Below, one piece after another: positions 1-9,552 of a stretch of DNA of 64,000 bases. Where the stretch lies: positions 13,040 to 77,039 of the forward strand of contig DASVJK010000015.1 of NCBI GenBank assembly GCA_036385955.1, in the 5' to 3' direction. Position 1 is the stretch's first letter, and every line of letters starts with the position of its first letter. The stretch is from Chthoniobacterales bacterium. GTDB taxonomy: Bacteria > Verrucomicrobiota > Verrucomicrobiia > Chthoniobacterales > UBA10450. The notes beneath the pieces were generated by a model. The model ran no database searches. It saw nothing but the letters and a program-made list of their open reading frames with translations, and was not told where the DNA came from. Position numbers and translations under genes: made by a program.

Positions 1-1514
1 GTCTCCGTGTGGTGCGTGTTGAAAACGGGGTGGGTCAAGTATTCGGATTTGCGATTGCCGATTGCTGATTGCCGATTGGCAGTCGTGGCGAGTTCGTCGA
101 GATCGATTTCTACCTTTTTCAGTTCCGGATAAGCGTCGGTGACGGCGTCGAAGATACGCCGCAGATCTCCAAGAGTCGTGGTCTCGTCGACTGAAGCGCT
201 TAAAAAAGGATGCTCAAGTGGACGGAGATTGATTCCACGCTTCTTGGCCGCATCGGCTACAACGAACGCATCACCGTAAGCGTGAACACAAATGGTATCG
301 AAAAAGTCGTCGTGCAGGCAAGGGTGTCCGAGCTTTTCCAGACCGAGTGCAAGAATTCGCGCCATTAGATTGACGCGTTCTGCAATCGCCCGCAAACCGC
401 GTGGTCCGTGATAAACGGCGTACATCGACGCGATCACCGCCAGGAGTACTTGCGCTGTGCAGATATTGCTCGTCGCTTTGTCGCGCCGAATGTGTTGTTC
501 GCGTGTCTGAAGCGCCAGCCGGTAGCCCGGCCGCCCGGTGGTGTCGTGTGAAACGCCGACGAGCCGTCCCGGCATGTGCCGTTTGTAGGCGTCACGGGTC
601 GCGAAGTAGGCGGCATGCGGTCCGCCAAAGCCGAGCGGAACGCCGAAGCGTTGGGTGCTGCCCACAGCGACGTCGGCACCCATTTCGCCCGGTGGCCTTA
701 AGAGAGTTAGCGCAAGAATATCTGCCGCGATGACCAGCAGAGCGCCGGCGTCGTGCGCAGCTCTTGCGAAAGATTCGTAATCGAAAATCGCCCCGTCGGT
801 CGCGGGATATTGGACGAGAGCGCCAAGAATAGTGTCGTCGAATGTGAACTGCGAAAAATTGCCGATGACAACCTCGATGCCGAGAGGCTTCGCGCGGGTC
901 TGAACAACCTCGATCGTCTGCGGGTGACAATTGTTTGCGACAAAGAAAGTCTTCCGGCCGGTTGCAGTCGCGTGGCACAGCGTCATGGCTTCGGCGGCGG
1001 CGGTGGCCTCGTCGAGGAGCGACGCGTTCGCGATGTCGAGCGCCGTGAGATCGGTGATCATCGTTTGGAAATTCAAGAGCGCTTCGAGCCGGCCCTGGGC
1101 GATCTCGGCCTGGTAAGGCGTGTAGGCGGTGTACCAACCGGGATTCTCGAGAATGTTTCGCTGAATCACGGGAGGTGTAATGGTGTCGGAATAGCCGGCG
1201 CCGATAAACGAACGCGCGACGATATTTTTCTTCGCGAGTTCGCGAAGTTCGGCGAGCGCGTCCCACTCCGACGCCGCGTGGGGCAAATTCAGCGGCCGAT
1301 CCAGGCGAATGTTTTTCGGAGCGGTCGCGTCGATCAACGCGTCGAGATTCTCGAAGCCGATTTCCGCGAGCATCGCCGAGCGCACCTGCTGGTTTGGGCC
1401 GATGTGCCGTCGCGCGAAGGAATCGACGCGGTCTTTTTCCCGCGCAAGAGCGGTGCGCTGCTTGCCTCCAGATTCAGCGTTTTTCGCGGGCAAGTCCGTT
1501 TCGGCTGTGGGCAT
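1..1514 (-). CDS. gcvP: glycine dehydrogenase (decarboxylating), single-chain P-protein, N-terminal ~504 codons; the 3' end lies beyond the left window edge
   Basis: Absent from the ORF track because it runs off the edge. Manual minus-strand translation from the ATG (complement of 1512-1514) gives [43 protein letters not shown]...[20 protein letters not shown]...[13 protein letters not shown]. This is colinear with the N-terminal half of GcvP (F..RHIGP and [16 protein letters not shown] motifs). The ORFs listed at 401-1896 are shadow frames. Confidence 0.9.
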   Translation of the reverse strand, partial: MPTAETDLPAKNAESGGKQRTALAREKDRVDSFARRHIGPNQQVRSAMLAEIGFENLDALIDATAPKNIRLDRPLNLPHAASEWDALAELRELAKKNIVARSFIGAGYSDTITPPVIQRNILENPGWYTAYTPYQAEIAQGRLEALLNFQTMITDLTALDIANASLLDEATAAAEAMTLCHATATGRKTFFVANNCHPQTIEVVQTRAKPLGIEVVIGNFSQFTFDDTILGALVQYPATDGAIFDYESFARAAHDAGALLVIAADILALTLLRPPGEMGADVAVGSTQRFGVPLGFGGPHAAYFATRDAYKRHMPGRLVGVSHDTTGRPGYRLALQTREQHIRRDKATSNICTAQVLLAVIASMYAVYHGPRGLRAIAERVNLMARILALGLEKLGHPCLHDDFFDTICVHAYGDAFVVADAAKKRGINLRPLEHPFLSASVDETTTLGDLRRIFDAVTDAYPELKKVEIDLDELATTANRQSAIGNRKSEYLTHPVFNTHHTE

Positions 1515-1600
1515 CCGCAAAACTACGGAGTGGCTTTGGCGGTTCAAGCGAAAGAGCGGAGTTTCATTGCCGGAAGAGGTCGCAAGCGGAGAATATCGCC

Positions 1601-1710
1601 GTCATCCCGAGGCGCGAAGACGGAGAGGGACCTCACAACTGCAAGGAAGACGTTCCAGTCGTAGGACGCGAACGAACATGTGCGAGGTCCCTCGCTGCGC
1701 TCGGGATGAC
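1601..1710. repeat. imperfect palindromic (REP/MITE-like) intergenic element
   Basis: The left arm is gtcatcccgag...ggacctc (1601-1634). The right arm is gaggtcc...ctcgggatgac (1684-1710). The outer 10-11 nt and the inner 7 nt are perfectly complementary, with an indel in the middle of the arms. It lies between the methyltransferase stop and the gcvP start. Spurious translations read ...HPERSEGP... and ...AALGMT... Confidence 0.45.
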
Positions 1711-1742
1711 CCGCTTGGCGGGCCGATCCCACGCCAGCGGCG

Positions 1743-2444
1743 CTATGTCGGCTGGAAACAAATCGCTTCTCCGGGCCAAGGATGGGTCATGGGAGTGCGG
1801 CGAGTCACTTTGAAGCCTGCCTTTTCAAAAACGCGGATCAATTCGTCAATGTTCTTCCAAAAGAAGCTTTCGAAGAATCCCGGGGTCACGCCTTGATCGC
1901 GGCCTTGCACTGCTTCAACAATGAGCAGCCCCTCCGGTTTCAAGACTTTCAAGACCTCCGTCGCGATTCGATCGATGTCGAAGGCATGATCGAGCGAATT
2001 CGTGTAGACCACGTCCACTGATTTGGGCGCGAATTGCAAATCGTGGAAATCGCCCTGAACTACGTATCGATTTTCCTTTCCTGGATTGAGATCGATCCCA
2101 ATCGCGAAGCAGCCGAGATCGAGAAAAGCCTTCACCTCGGTGCCGATCCGTGCCGCCAGGCAAAGGACGGTTCTGCCCTGCCAGGCAACGTCCAGTACGG
2201 CCAACCGTTCGCGTAGTGCCGTCCGGAATTCGGTATCGTAATTTTCGAAGTCGTGTGTCTCGAGCTTGGCCTTTTGGTGTTCGAGATATGCTTCGTACGA
2301 ACAGTACCTTCGGCTTTGGAACGCATCAGTCTTTGCGTTCCACTCTTCGCCGAATTTGCGAAAGAGTGCGTGCTTGCGGATGGAACGCTTGAGCCTGGTG
2401 AAGAGCCGGAGTGGATCAAAGGCGCGCTTGTTTTCACCGCTCAT
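1743..2444 (-). CDS. class I SAM-dependent methyltransferase
   Basis: 233-aa ORF with an ATG start. It has a motif-I-like VLCLAARIGTEVKAFLDLGCFAIGIDLNP and a post-motif LKVLKPEGLLIV, typical of the Methyltransf_11/25 fold. Confidence 0.7.
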   Translation of the reverse strand: MSGENKRAFDPLRLFTRLKRSIRKHALFRKFGEEWNAKTDAFQSRRYCSYEAYLEHQKAKLETHDFENYDTEFRTALRERLAVLDVAWQGRTVLCLAARIGTEVKAFLDLGCFAIGIDLNPGKENRYVVQGDFHDLQFAPKSVDVVYTNSLDHAFDIDRIATEVLKVLKPEGLLIVEAVQGRDQGVTPGFFESFFWKNIDELIRVFEKAGFKVTRRTPMTHPWPGEAICFQPT

Positions 2445-2474
2445 CAGAAACCCTGAACCTCCGGGTGTCTTGCG

Positions 2475-3707
2475 CTATTGCGAATCGAAAGTCTCGACAC
2501 CGTGCTCCTTGAGCAGGGCGCGCAACTCAGAGAGATGTTGTTGGTTGCGGGTTTCAACCGTGCACACGACATGCACGGCGGAGACATCGGAGCCGGCGAA
2601 GGCGCGATCGTGCACGACCTGTTTGATGCTGGCGCCGGTCGAGGCGATTTGCCCGGCGAGATCAGCCAATCCTCCCGGTCGATCGCTGATCACGGCGGTG
2701 AAACGGCAGAGACGACCATCGGCGACCAATCCGCGTTCGACGACTCGGCTCAAAACGTTCGGGTCGATGTTTCCTCCGCAGAGGAGAAGCACGACCCGCT
2801 TTCCCGCCAGCTCGGGAAGCTGACCGGATAAGCAGGCGGCAAGCGGCGTTGCGGCCGCGCCTTCAACGACCCCCTTTTCCAATTCTACAATGCGCAGGAT
2901 GGACACGGCAATCTGTTCCTCCGTGACAGTAACCGTGTGATCCACCCGCGGCGCGGCGATCTCGAATGCATTGCTCCCGACCTGCGCGATGGCGAGGCCG
3001 TCAGCCAGCGTCGGCTGGGTGTCGATGCGGACTGGTTTTCCCGCCCGGATTGCCGCGGAGAAACTTGCCACGTGTTCTGCTTCCACGGCGATGATTGTTG
3101 CCTTCGGCCGCAAACTCTTGACCGCAAGCGCGACCCCGGCGAGGAGACCTCCGCCACCCACCGGCACGATGACGGCATCCAGATCGGGTACTTGCTCAAC
3201 GATTTCGAGCCCCATCGTGCCCTGACCAGCGATGATCGCGGGATCATCGTAGCCATCGATGTAAGCGAACCCGCGTTCTTCGCCGATGTCGTGCGCATGG
3301 GCCTTCGCCTCCGCAAAATCTTTACCGTGCAAGACGACGGTGGCGCCGAGTTTCTGGCAGTTGCCGATCTTAATAAGGGGCGCGTATTTCGGCATCACCA
3401 CCGTCGCGGGAATGCCGAGCAACTTGCCTTGATAGGCGAGGGCCTGAGCATGATTGCCGGCGGAGGCCGCGATCACGCCGCGCTTTTGTTGTTCGGGCGG
3501 TAATTGCGCAAGAGCGTTGCGTGCGCCGCGTTCCTTGAAACTGCCGGTGCGCTGCAAGTTGTCGAGCTTGCAGAAAATTTCCATGCCCGCGATCTCGCTC
3601 AACGGAATCGAAGGCTGGCAGGGAGAATAGTAAACGGCGCCGTCGATCCGCTTCCGTGCGTCTTCGATGTCTTTCAACGTGATCACGCGAGGTTTAGTAT
3701 ACCTCAC
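2475..3707 (-). CDS. ilvA: threonine ammonia-lyase (threonine dehydratase), short form with one C-terminal ACT-like domain
   Basis: 410 aa with a GTG start. It has the PLP-lysine motif QRTGSFKERGARNAL, the glycine loop VPVGGGGLLAG and a C-terminal regulatory domain (RFTAVISDRPGGLADL...). Confidence 0.85.
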   Translation of the reverse strand: MRYTKPRVITLKDIEDARKRIDGAVYYSPCQPSIPLSEIAGMEIFCKLDNLQRTGSFKERGARNALAQLPPEQQKRGVIAASAGNHAQALAYQGKLLGIPATVVMPKYAPLIKIGNCQKLGATVVLHGKDFAEAKAHAHDIGEERGFAYIDGYDDPAIIAGQGTMGLEIVEQVPDLDAVIVPVGGGGLLAGVALAVKSLRPKATIIAVEAEHVASFSAAIRAGKPVRIDTQPTLADGLAIAQVGSNAFEIAAPRVDHTVTVTEEQIAVSILRIVELEKGVVEGAAATPLAACLSGQLPELAGKRVVLLLCGGNIDPNVLSRVVERGLVADGRLCRFTAVISDRPGGLADLAGQIASTGASIKQVVHDRAFAGSDVSAVHVVCTVETRNQQHLSELRALLKEHGVETFDSQ

Positions 3708-3783
3708 GGTTGCTACGTGAAAGTGTTGAATCGCTAAAACGTCGAATCGTCAAGGCCGTCGGGAATGCGGTCCCTTCAACGAC

Positions 3784-5460
3784 TTAACCCGTCTTTCCCG
3801 AATCGAGCGCTTCGCGAATTTTCATAGCGAGCTGCTCGGGATCGAATGGCTTCGGCAGGAAAAACATTTCCTGGCCCCGGCGGTCGCCGGGATGAAGCGA
3901 TTCCTCGAGGTAACCGGAGATAAAGACGACTTTTGTTTGCGGACTGGTTTTACGCAGCCAGTCAGCGAAATGCCGTCCGCTCATCTGCGGCATGACCATG
4001 TCCGTGATGAGGAGGTCGATCTTTTTGTCCCCGCGTTCGCCGATCAGCTGTTGCGCGTCATCGCCGTTCGCGGCTTCGATTACGTCGTAGCCAAGGCTGC
4101 GCAGAACGCGCACGGAAATGTGGCGCACGCTGATGTCGTCTTCGAGGACGAGAATGCTCTCGATGCCCGCGGGCATTTTGTTTCCACCGGGTCGCTTGTA
4201 GGAGGGCGGGGGCGGAGCGGGCACCTTGGGAAGAAAGATTTTCACGGTTGTGCCTTTTCCGAGTTCGCTTTCCACACAGATGTGGCCGCCGCTTTGACGC
4301 ACGATGCCGTAGCTCGTGGCGAGTCCAAGTCCGCTCCCGCGGCCTTCGTCTTTGGTCGTGAAAAATGGCTCGAACAAATGTTGTTTCACTTCATCACTCA
4401 TCCCTACGCCGTTGTCGGTGACGCTGATGCGAACGTAGTCGCCCGGCTCGAGTTCTTCGGAGCCGATCTCGTGCTCCTCGGATGCGTCGATTGTGAGCGA
4501 AGCCGTTTCCAGCGCGAGGCGGCCGCCGTTTCGCATCGCATCGCGCGCATTTACGACCAGGTTCAAGATGATTTGCGTCAGCTGGCCGGGATCCACCTTG
4601 GTGTGCATGCCGTCTTGGCCGCGCTCGAAATGGCACTGCACCGAAATGTCTTCGCCCAGGAGGCGCAGTAACGAGCGTTCGAGATTTGTGAGATGCGCAT
4701 TCACTTCGATCACGCGTGGGGCGAGGGGATGCTTCCGGCTGAAGGCGAGCAATTGAGCCGTGAGGACAGAGGCCCGGCTTGCCGCACTTCGGATTTCGCC
4801 AATGTGGCCCGCAACCTCGCCTTTCATGCCGAGCTCATCGAGAAGCAAATCGCTGTAGCCGAGGATCGTCGTAAGAAAATTATTAAAGTCGTGTGCGACT
4901 CCACCCGCGAGTTGGCCAAACGCCTCCATCTTCTGCGAACGGACGAGCTGATCCTGCAATTGTTTCCGCGCGGTCACGTCCATGAGCGACCCCACGAAGC
5001 GAATGGCTGCGCCCGCGGAATCGCGGACGATCAGCGCGCGTTCGAGCAAATCCAGGTAGGACCCATCGAAGTGTCGAAAGCGGTATTCTCCAGTCCAATG
5101 GTCGCCCTCGGCGGCGAGGGCATCGCGGATGCTCCCGGCCGTCCGCGCACGATCCTGGGGATGAATCTGCTTCTGCCAGAAGCCGATGTCTCCGCTCGCG
5201 GTGGAACTGTTATATCCGAGCAGAGCTTCGAGACCTTGCGGCCAGGAAAGCGCGCCGGTTCTTACATTCCAATCCCGAACAGCATCATTCGTAGCCCGGG
5301 CAACGATCGCAAAATGTTCCGCGCTCTCAATCGGGCGGCTTTCCGGAATTTCATGGTGAGTTTCATGTTTTTGAGTGGAATTCCTGGAGCTTGGATTTTC
5401 GCTTCGGGCTGGATTTTGCGCGGATGTCTCGTCTCCCTGAATTTCGGTCGCTAATCGCAT
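3784..5460 (-). CDS. hybrid sensor histidine kinase (PAS - HisKA - HATPase_c - receiver)
   Basis: H-box GGVAHDFNNFLTTILGYSDLL, N-box LNLVVNARDAM, G-boxes DNGVGM and GSGLGL, and a C-terminal REC (ILVLEDD...LLITDMVMPQMSG...LPKPF). A PAS-like segment (WTGEYRFRHFDGSYL) is also present. The start was moved to the ATG at 5460 (MRLATEIQ), because the track's 5622 start would overlap the divergent SDR gene. Confidence 0.85.
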   Translation of the reverse strand: MRLATEIQGDETSAQNPARSENPSSRNSTQKHETHHEIPESRPIESAEHFAIVARATNDAVRDWNVRTGALSWPQGLEALLGYNSSTASGDIGFWQKQIHPQDRARTAGSIRDALAAEGDHWTGEYRFRHFDGSYLDLLERALIVRDSAGAAIRFVGSLMDVTARKQLQDQLVRSQKMEAFGQLAGGVAHDFNNFLTTILGYSDLLLDELGMKGEVAGHIGEIRSAASRASVLTAQLLAFSRKHPLAPRVIEVNAHLTNLERSLLRLLGEDISVQCHFERGQDGMHTKVDPGQLTQIILNLVVNARDAMRNGGRLALETASLTIDASEEHEIGSEELEPGDYVRISVTDNGVGMSDEVKQHLFEPFFTTKDEGRGSGLGLATSYGIVRQSGGHICVESELGKGTTVKIFLPKVPAPPPPSYKRPGGNKMPAGIESILVLEDDISVRHISVRVLRSLGYDVIEAANGDDAQQLIGERGDKKIDLLITDMVMPQMSGRHFADWLRKTSPQTKVVFISGYLEESLHPGDRRGQEMFFLPKPFDPEQLAMKIREALDSGKTG

Positions 5461-5524
5461 CTTCAGGTCGTTTTGGACCCATGCGTATGGAGAGCTAGTT
5501 CTATGCCTTTGGGGGCGCGGTCGC

Positions 5525-6409
5525 ATGAATCGAAAGCGCTTGCCTTTGCGACCTCTGAAAATGACCATGCGAAGGAAATTCATCGACGTGAACAACTCGC
5601 CGGATCCGCTGAAGCCTCTCAAGAATCAGAAAGCTCTCGTCACTGGCGCGAATTCGGGGATCGGCGAAGCGTGCGCGCTCGCGTTCGGCGCCGCGGGAGC
5701 CGATGTCCTTATCAATTACGTCTCCCGTCCGGAAGAAGCGGAGCGCGTCGTGAAAAGCATACGTCAGAACGGGACTCGATCGATCGCGTTTCAAGCTGAC
5801 ATCAGCCGGGAAGATCAAGTCCAGGCGATGTTCGCCGAAATGCTGAAGGAGTTTGGCACGATCGATATCCTCGTGAACAACGCCGGTCTGCAGCGCGACT
5901 CCCGCTTCCAGGACATGACGCTCGAACAATGGAACACGGTGATCGCGATCAATCTGACCGGCCAATTTCTCTGCGCGCGCGAAGCGGTGCGCGAATTCCT
6001 GCGGCGCGGTGTCGTTCCGGACGTTTCGACCGCGGCGGGCAAGATCATCTGCATGAGCTCGGTCCACGAAGTCATCCCTTGGGGCGGCCACGTCAATTAC
6101 GCGGCCTCGAAAGGCGGCGTCATGCAGTTAATGAAAAGCATGGCGCAGGAGCTCGCGCCGAAAAAAATTCGTGTGAACAGTATTGCGCCTGGCGCGGTCA
6201 AAACGCCGATCAATCGGGCGGCGTGGGAAACGCCGGCAGCTGAGGCGGAGTTGCTCAAGCTGATTCCGGAGGGTCGCGCCGGCGTGCCGGAGGATATTGG
6301 CCGCGCGGCGGTCTGGCTGGCTTCGGACGCTTCCGATTACGTGACGGGAACGACGTTGTTTGTAGATGGCGGGATGACGCTTTATCCCGGGTTCGCAACG
6401 GGCGGTTGA
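5525..6409 (+). CDS. SDR-family oxidoreductase, glucose 1-dehydrogenase-like
   Basis: Cofactor motif TGANSGIG, plus NNAG and the catalytic S...YAASK. It is full-length colinear with classical SDRs. The start is ambiguous: ATG at 5525, 5561 or 5567. Confidence 0.8.
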   Translation: MNRKRLPLRPLKMTMRRKFIDVNNSPDPLKPLKNQKALVTGANSGIGEACALAFGAAGADVLINYVSRPEEAERVVKSIRQNGTRSIAFQADISREDQVQAMFAEMLKEFGTIDILVNNAGLQRDSRFQDMTLEQWNTVIAINLTGQFLCAREAVREFLRRGVVPDVSTAAGKIICMSSVHEVIPWGGHVNYAASKGGVMQLMKSMAQELAPKKIRVNSIAPGAVKTPINRAAWETPAAEAELLKLIPEGRAGVPEDIGRAAVWLASDASDYVTGTTLFVDGGMTLYPGFATGG

Positions 6410-6460
6410 GGCGGGATAGTAGCCGCGAAACCCCGGACGAAATTGTCTGGATCGATCAGC

Positions 6461-7150
6461 TTACTGGCTGACGATCGGGAGCACCGGCGGGTCAGCGAGC
6501 GTCCCGAGCTTGTTGCTAAAATCGGGTCCGCCTTCACTAGGAAGGCGCATTCCCGTGGAGTTGCTGGCGTAGACATCCGGCACTTCACTGGTGTTGAGCA
6601 GCGCCGCGATACGGCCCCCTTTTTCGACATGGAAAGAGAGCTTCACGTAGCGCGCTTCCACTCCGACCATCGAAAGATTGAAAAGCCGTTTGCTTGTGAA
6701 GGCGGTCTTCCCGCTTACATCGGTCCATTTTGGGCTGTCGGCAGGCAACCGGTAATTGGAGACGGCGATCTTCATCTCGCCCTGCACCTCGGCGTTTTCG
6801 TTTATGAAAGTGAAGCGGTCGAGCAGCGACGTTTTCGGGATTGAGATGATGAAGGTCGTTTCGCCTTCCTGAAGCGGGCAACTGAGGGTGTCGTCATCCA
6901 TTATCAACGCCGCCGCACTTGAATTCTTCTCGCCCGCAGTGGGCACGGCGACGAGCCGGCCATCCGGCGTGATGCAATCGATCTTCGCGCCGCAATGCAT
7001 CCGGGCGAGATTTTTCGCGGCGTTGCTCTCCTCCGCGGCTGGGGCGGCGCCGGCGGCAAAACTCGGCTGGATCAGGCCGCCGGAAAAGGCGAGCGCGCCG
7101 AGAGTGCTCAGAACGATGCGACGGAAATTGATTGGACAGAACCGACTCAT
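6461..7150 (-). CDS. secreted hypothetical protein, possible discoidin/galactose-binding-like domain
   Basis: The ATG at 7150 gives the signal peptide MSRFCPINFRRIVLSTLGALAFSGGLIQPSFA. The mature part looks beta-rich (ARYVKLSFHVEKGG). I recognised no catalytic motif. Confidence 0.5.
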   Translation of the reverse strand: MSRFCPINFRRIVLSTLGALAFSGGLIQPSFAAGAAPAAEESNAAKNLARMHCGAKIDCITPDGRLVAVPTAGEKNSSAAALIMDDDTLSCPLQEGETTFIISIPKTSLLDRFTFINENAEVQGEMKIAVSNYRLPADSPKWTDVSGKTAFTSKRLFNLSMVGVEARYVKLSFHVEKGGRIAALLNTSEVPDVYASNSTGMRLPSEGGPDFSNKLGTLADPPVLPIVSQ

Positions 7151-7473
7151 AATGGCTCCCAATCCAAGCTTAGAGCGCGCCAGCTTTTAGATTTTTTACA
7201 AAAGGCTTCTCAACTGGCCGCATCCTACCCGATTCTGGTAGAGCGAATTAGATTTATGCGATAGTCGCATCCAGATCGAGAAATGCAGGCGATTTTGCTT
7301 GCTGTGGCTCGCTTCTGTTGATAGAGAAATCGCCGTTAACTGAGAAACATCTGAAACAACAAATCCTTATTCCAAATCAATCTCGGCCGACATGTCCGAG
7401 GTGTTGAGATCGCTGATTTGCAATCCCAACGTTTGGTATCACATCTGCTAATCCTAAACCGAATTGACACCCT

Positions 7474-8847
7474 ATGAGCCGTCAAGCAACCCTTAACTCT
7501 CCCGCGTTTTCTGCCGGAAAAATCTGCCTCGCCCTTCTCGTTTTGCTGCTCTTCGCGGCGCCGATCGTTCGGGCGCAGGACGCCATTCGCCCCTCGCTTG
7601 CGGGCGAAGCGGCCTCCGAGGCGCGCCGTCAATCCATTGACAAGATTCCTTATAATCTACAACTCGGACCCATGAAGCTGCGGTTCAGCGCGACCATCGG
7701 CTTCGAGTACAACGACAACATCAATCTGGCGGAAGACGCCACCGCCTTCCTCCCGAGCCCCACGGGGCCCATTCTGGTGACTACTCAGCAGCAGAGTGAT
7801 TTCATTATACGTCCGCAGGTGAACGTCAACGCCCTTTGGCCCATCACGCAGCTCAACACCCTGAAGTTGGACTTGGGCGTCGGCTACGCCTTCTACATGG
7901 ATCACTCGAACTACAATACCAACGGCGTGCTTGTGAACCCGGGCTCCCAGATTGCATTCGACATTTTCGTGAGCGATTTCCGGATCAATCTTCATGATCG
8001 TTTTTCGCTCGAACAGGATCCCGTGGCCGAGGTGGCTCTGAGTAACGTCGCCGATTATGGCCGCTTTCAGAACACCGCTGGTATCTCGGTCCTGTGGGAT
8101 TTAAATGCAGCCGTCGTGACTCTGGGTTACGACCACTACAATTTCATCTCGACCACTTCAGTTTTCGATTATCTCGATCGCAACGCGGAGATGGTTAACG
8201 CCTCGATTGCTTTCACCCCGAATTCGACGATGAGCGTCGGGCCCGAGGCGGCCTTCGTCGACACTTATTACGACCAGAATATCCTGAATGATTCGAAAAC
8301 ATATAGCGTAGGCGGTTTTCTTGAAACGCAGATCACGAGCTATCTGAAATTGCGTGTCGCCGGGGGTTATCAGAATATCAATTTCGACAATACGGGCCTG
8401 GTCAATGATCCGCATGACCTCAACGATTACTATGCAAACGCGCTGCTCTCTCACCGGGTCAATTCCGTGCTCACCCAGAACATTTCCGCGGGGCACGAAA
8501 CGCAACTGGGCATCAATTCAAACTACATAAAGTTGAACTACGTTCGGCACACCGCGAACTGGAATATTCTTTATCACACCCTGCTTTCGACGGAATTATT
8601 TTACGAGGACGCGGACGATTCCGGCGGGAGCGGCCCGCTCTTTGTTCCCGCGCCCGGGGTTTTTCTTTTCAATCCTTTCGTCGCGGAACACATCCACCGA
8701 TACGGCGGCGCCTTCACCCTTGGCTATCAGCTGACTCAGCACGTCACGCTCGGACTTCGTTATCAATACACACAGAAAGATTCAGATCAGGTGCTACGCG
8801 ATTATAGCCAGAATCGTGTCTCGTTTGATGGCACCTACAGCTTCTAA
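7474..8847 (+). CDS. outer-membrane beta-barrel protein, first gene of the polysaccharide export module
   Basis: Signal peptide (LLVLLLFAAPIVRAQD), alternating amphipathic beta-strand pattern rich in Y/N/G/F, and a C-terminal ...VSFDGTYSF with terminal Phe, which is the OMP sorting signature. It lies immediately upstream of the OPX gene. Confidence 0.65.
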   Translation: MSRQATLNSPAFSAGKICLALLVLLLFAAPIVRAQDAIRPSLAGEAASEARRQSIDKIPYNLQLGPMKLRFSATIGFEYNDNINLAEDATAFLPSPTGPILVTTQQQSDFIIRPQVNVNALWPITQLNTLKLDLGVGYAFYMDHSNYNTNGVLVNPGSQIAFDIFVSDFRINLHDRFSLEQDPVAEVALSNVADYGRFQNTAGISVLWDLNAAVVTLGYDHYNFISTTSVFDYLDRNAEMVNASIAFTPNSTMSVGPEAAFVDTYYDQNILNDSKTYSVGGFLETQITSYLKLRVAGGYQNINFDNTGLVNDPHDLNDYYANALLSHRVNSVLTQNISAGHETQLGINSNYIKLNYVRHTANWNILYHTLLSTELFYEDADDSGGSGPLFVPAPGVFLFNPFVAEHIHRYGGAFTLGYQLTQHVTLGLRYQYTQKDSDQVLRDYSQNRVSFDGTYSF

Positions 8848-8865
8848 GGAGACAATTGCAATTGC

Positions 8866-9549
8866 ATGAGAACATGGGCTTTCACATTCCTCGCTGCTGC
8901 CTCCATCGCGGGGCCGATGCCGCTCGCGGCGCAGGAGACCAGTCCCGGAATGCCGCCTCCGATTCCCAAAGCAGCTGCGGTCGAACTTCCGACCACCAGT
9001 ACGGTCATGCGAACCAATTCCATGGCGGTGCTCGACGACAAAAAGAAACTCGGGTCTAACGATTACGTCAGCTTCCGTGTTGTCGAGGATCGCGACAACG
9101 AATCCCAGCATCTGCGCGTTAATGACAGCGGCGAGCTGGAAGTTCCTTATGTCGGGCTCGTCCAGGCGGCGGGCAAGAGTTGCAAGGAGCTGGCTTATAC
9201 CGTTAAGGCCGCGCTCGAGCGTGAATATTATTACCACGCCACGGTCATCATCGCGGTCGATCACATCAGCGAAAAGTCTCGCGGGAGGATCTATGTTTAT
9301 GGCTCCGTGAAGGGGCAGGGGCCGCAGGAAATTCCGGCCGACGAATCTTACACCGTCAGCAAAGCAATCATCCGCGCGGGTGGTTTCGGCGATTTTGCCA
9401 ACAAGCGAAAAGTGAAACTAACGCGCAAAGGCGGCAAAGATTATGTCGTGGATTTGAAGCGCGTGATCGAGGAAGGCCACACGGAAGAAGATGTGGTCCT
9501 GCAACCGGACGATCAGATCTACGTCCCGCAGCGTCTGATCAACATGTAA
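8866..9549 (+). CDS. polysaccharide export (OPX, Wza-like) periplasmic protein, short form
   Basis: Signal peptide without a lipobox Cys. A Poly_export-like segment (VNDSGELEVPYVGLVQAAGKSCKEL) is followed by one SLBB-like segment (IYVYGSVKGQGPQEI...TVSKAIIRAGG). It is only 227 aa and ends ...QIYVPQRLINM with no amphipathic C-terminal helix. Confidence 0.8.
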   Translation: MRTWAFTFLAAASIAGPMPLAAQETSPGMPPPIPKAAAVELPTTSTVMRTNSMAVLDDKKKLGSNDYVSFRVVEDRDNESQHLRVNDSGELEVPYVGLVQAAGKSCKELAYTVKAALEREYYYHATVIIAVDHISEKSRGRIYVYGSVKGQGPQEIPADESYTVSKAIIRAGGFGDFANKRKVKLTRKGGKDYVVDLKRVIEEGHTEEDVVLQPDDQIYVPQRLINM

Positions 9550-9552
9550 TTT

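Noticed and set aside
40-90. Short tandem heptamer-like repeat (cgattgc cgattgc tgattgc cgattgg).
   Set aside because: It lies inside the gcvP coding frame (...[13 protein letters not shown]...), in a variable linker that aligns with the equivalent E. coli GcvP region. It is too short and too imperfect to call as a functional repeat.
1515-1742. Possible glycine riboswitch in the 228-nt leader upstream of gcvP.
   Set aside because: I reverse-complemented the leader and looked for the conserved GGAGAG...ACCGAAGGGGCAA...CTCTGGAGAG core. It is not present on the gcvP strand. The only vaguely similar string (ccggaagaggtcgcaag) is on the wrong strand. The riboswitch, if any, probably precedes gcvT outside the window. 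An Infernal scan with the glycine riboswitch model would settle it.
401-1896. Several long ORFs in the track (401-733 +, 592-1266 -, 753-1664 +, 1309-1896 +, 1394-1813 +).
   Set aside because: They are Arg/Ala/Gly-rich shadow frames of the real minus-strand gcvP gene, whose translation shows textbook GcvP motifs, or they run through the palindromic intergenic element. None has a recognisable family.
5461-5622. N-terminal 54-codon extension of the histidine kinase given by the ORF track.
   Set aside because: The extension (MRGFSGSGELFTSMNFLRMVIFRGRKGKRFRF...) is low-complexity and would overlap the divergent SDR gene. The ATG at 5460 gives a clean divergent intergenic region.
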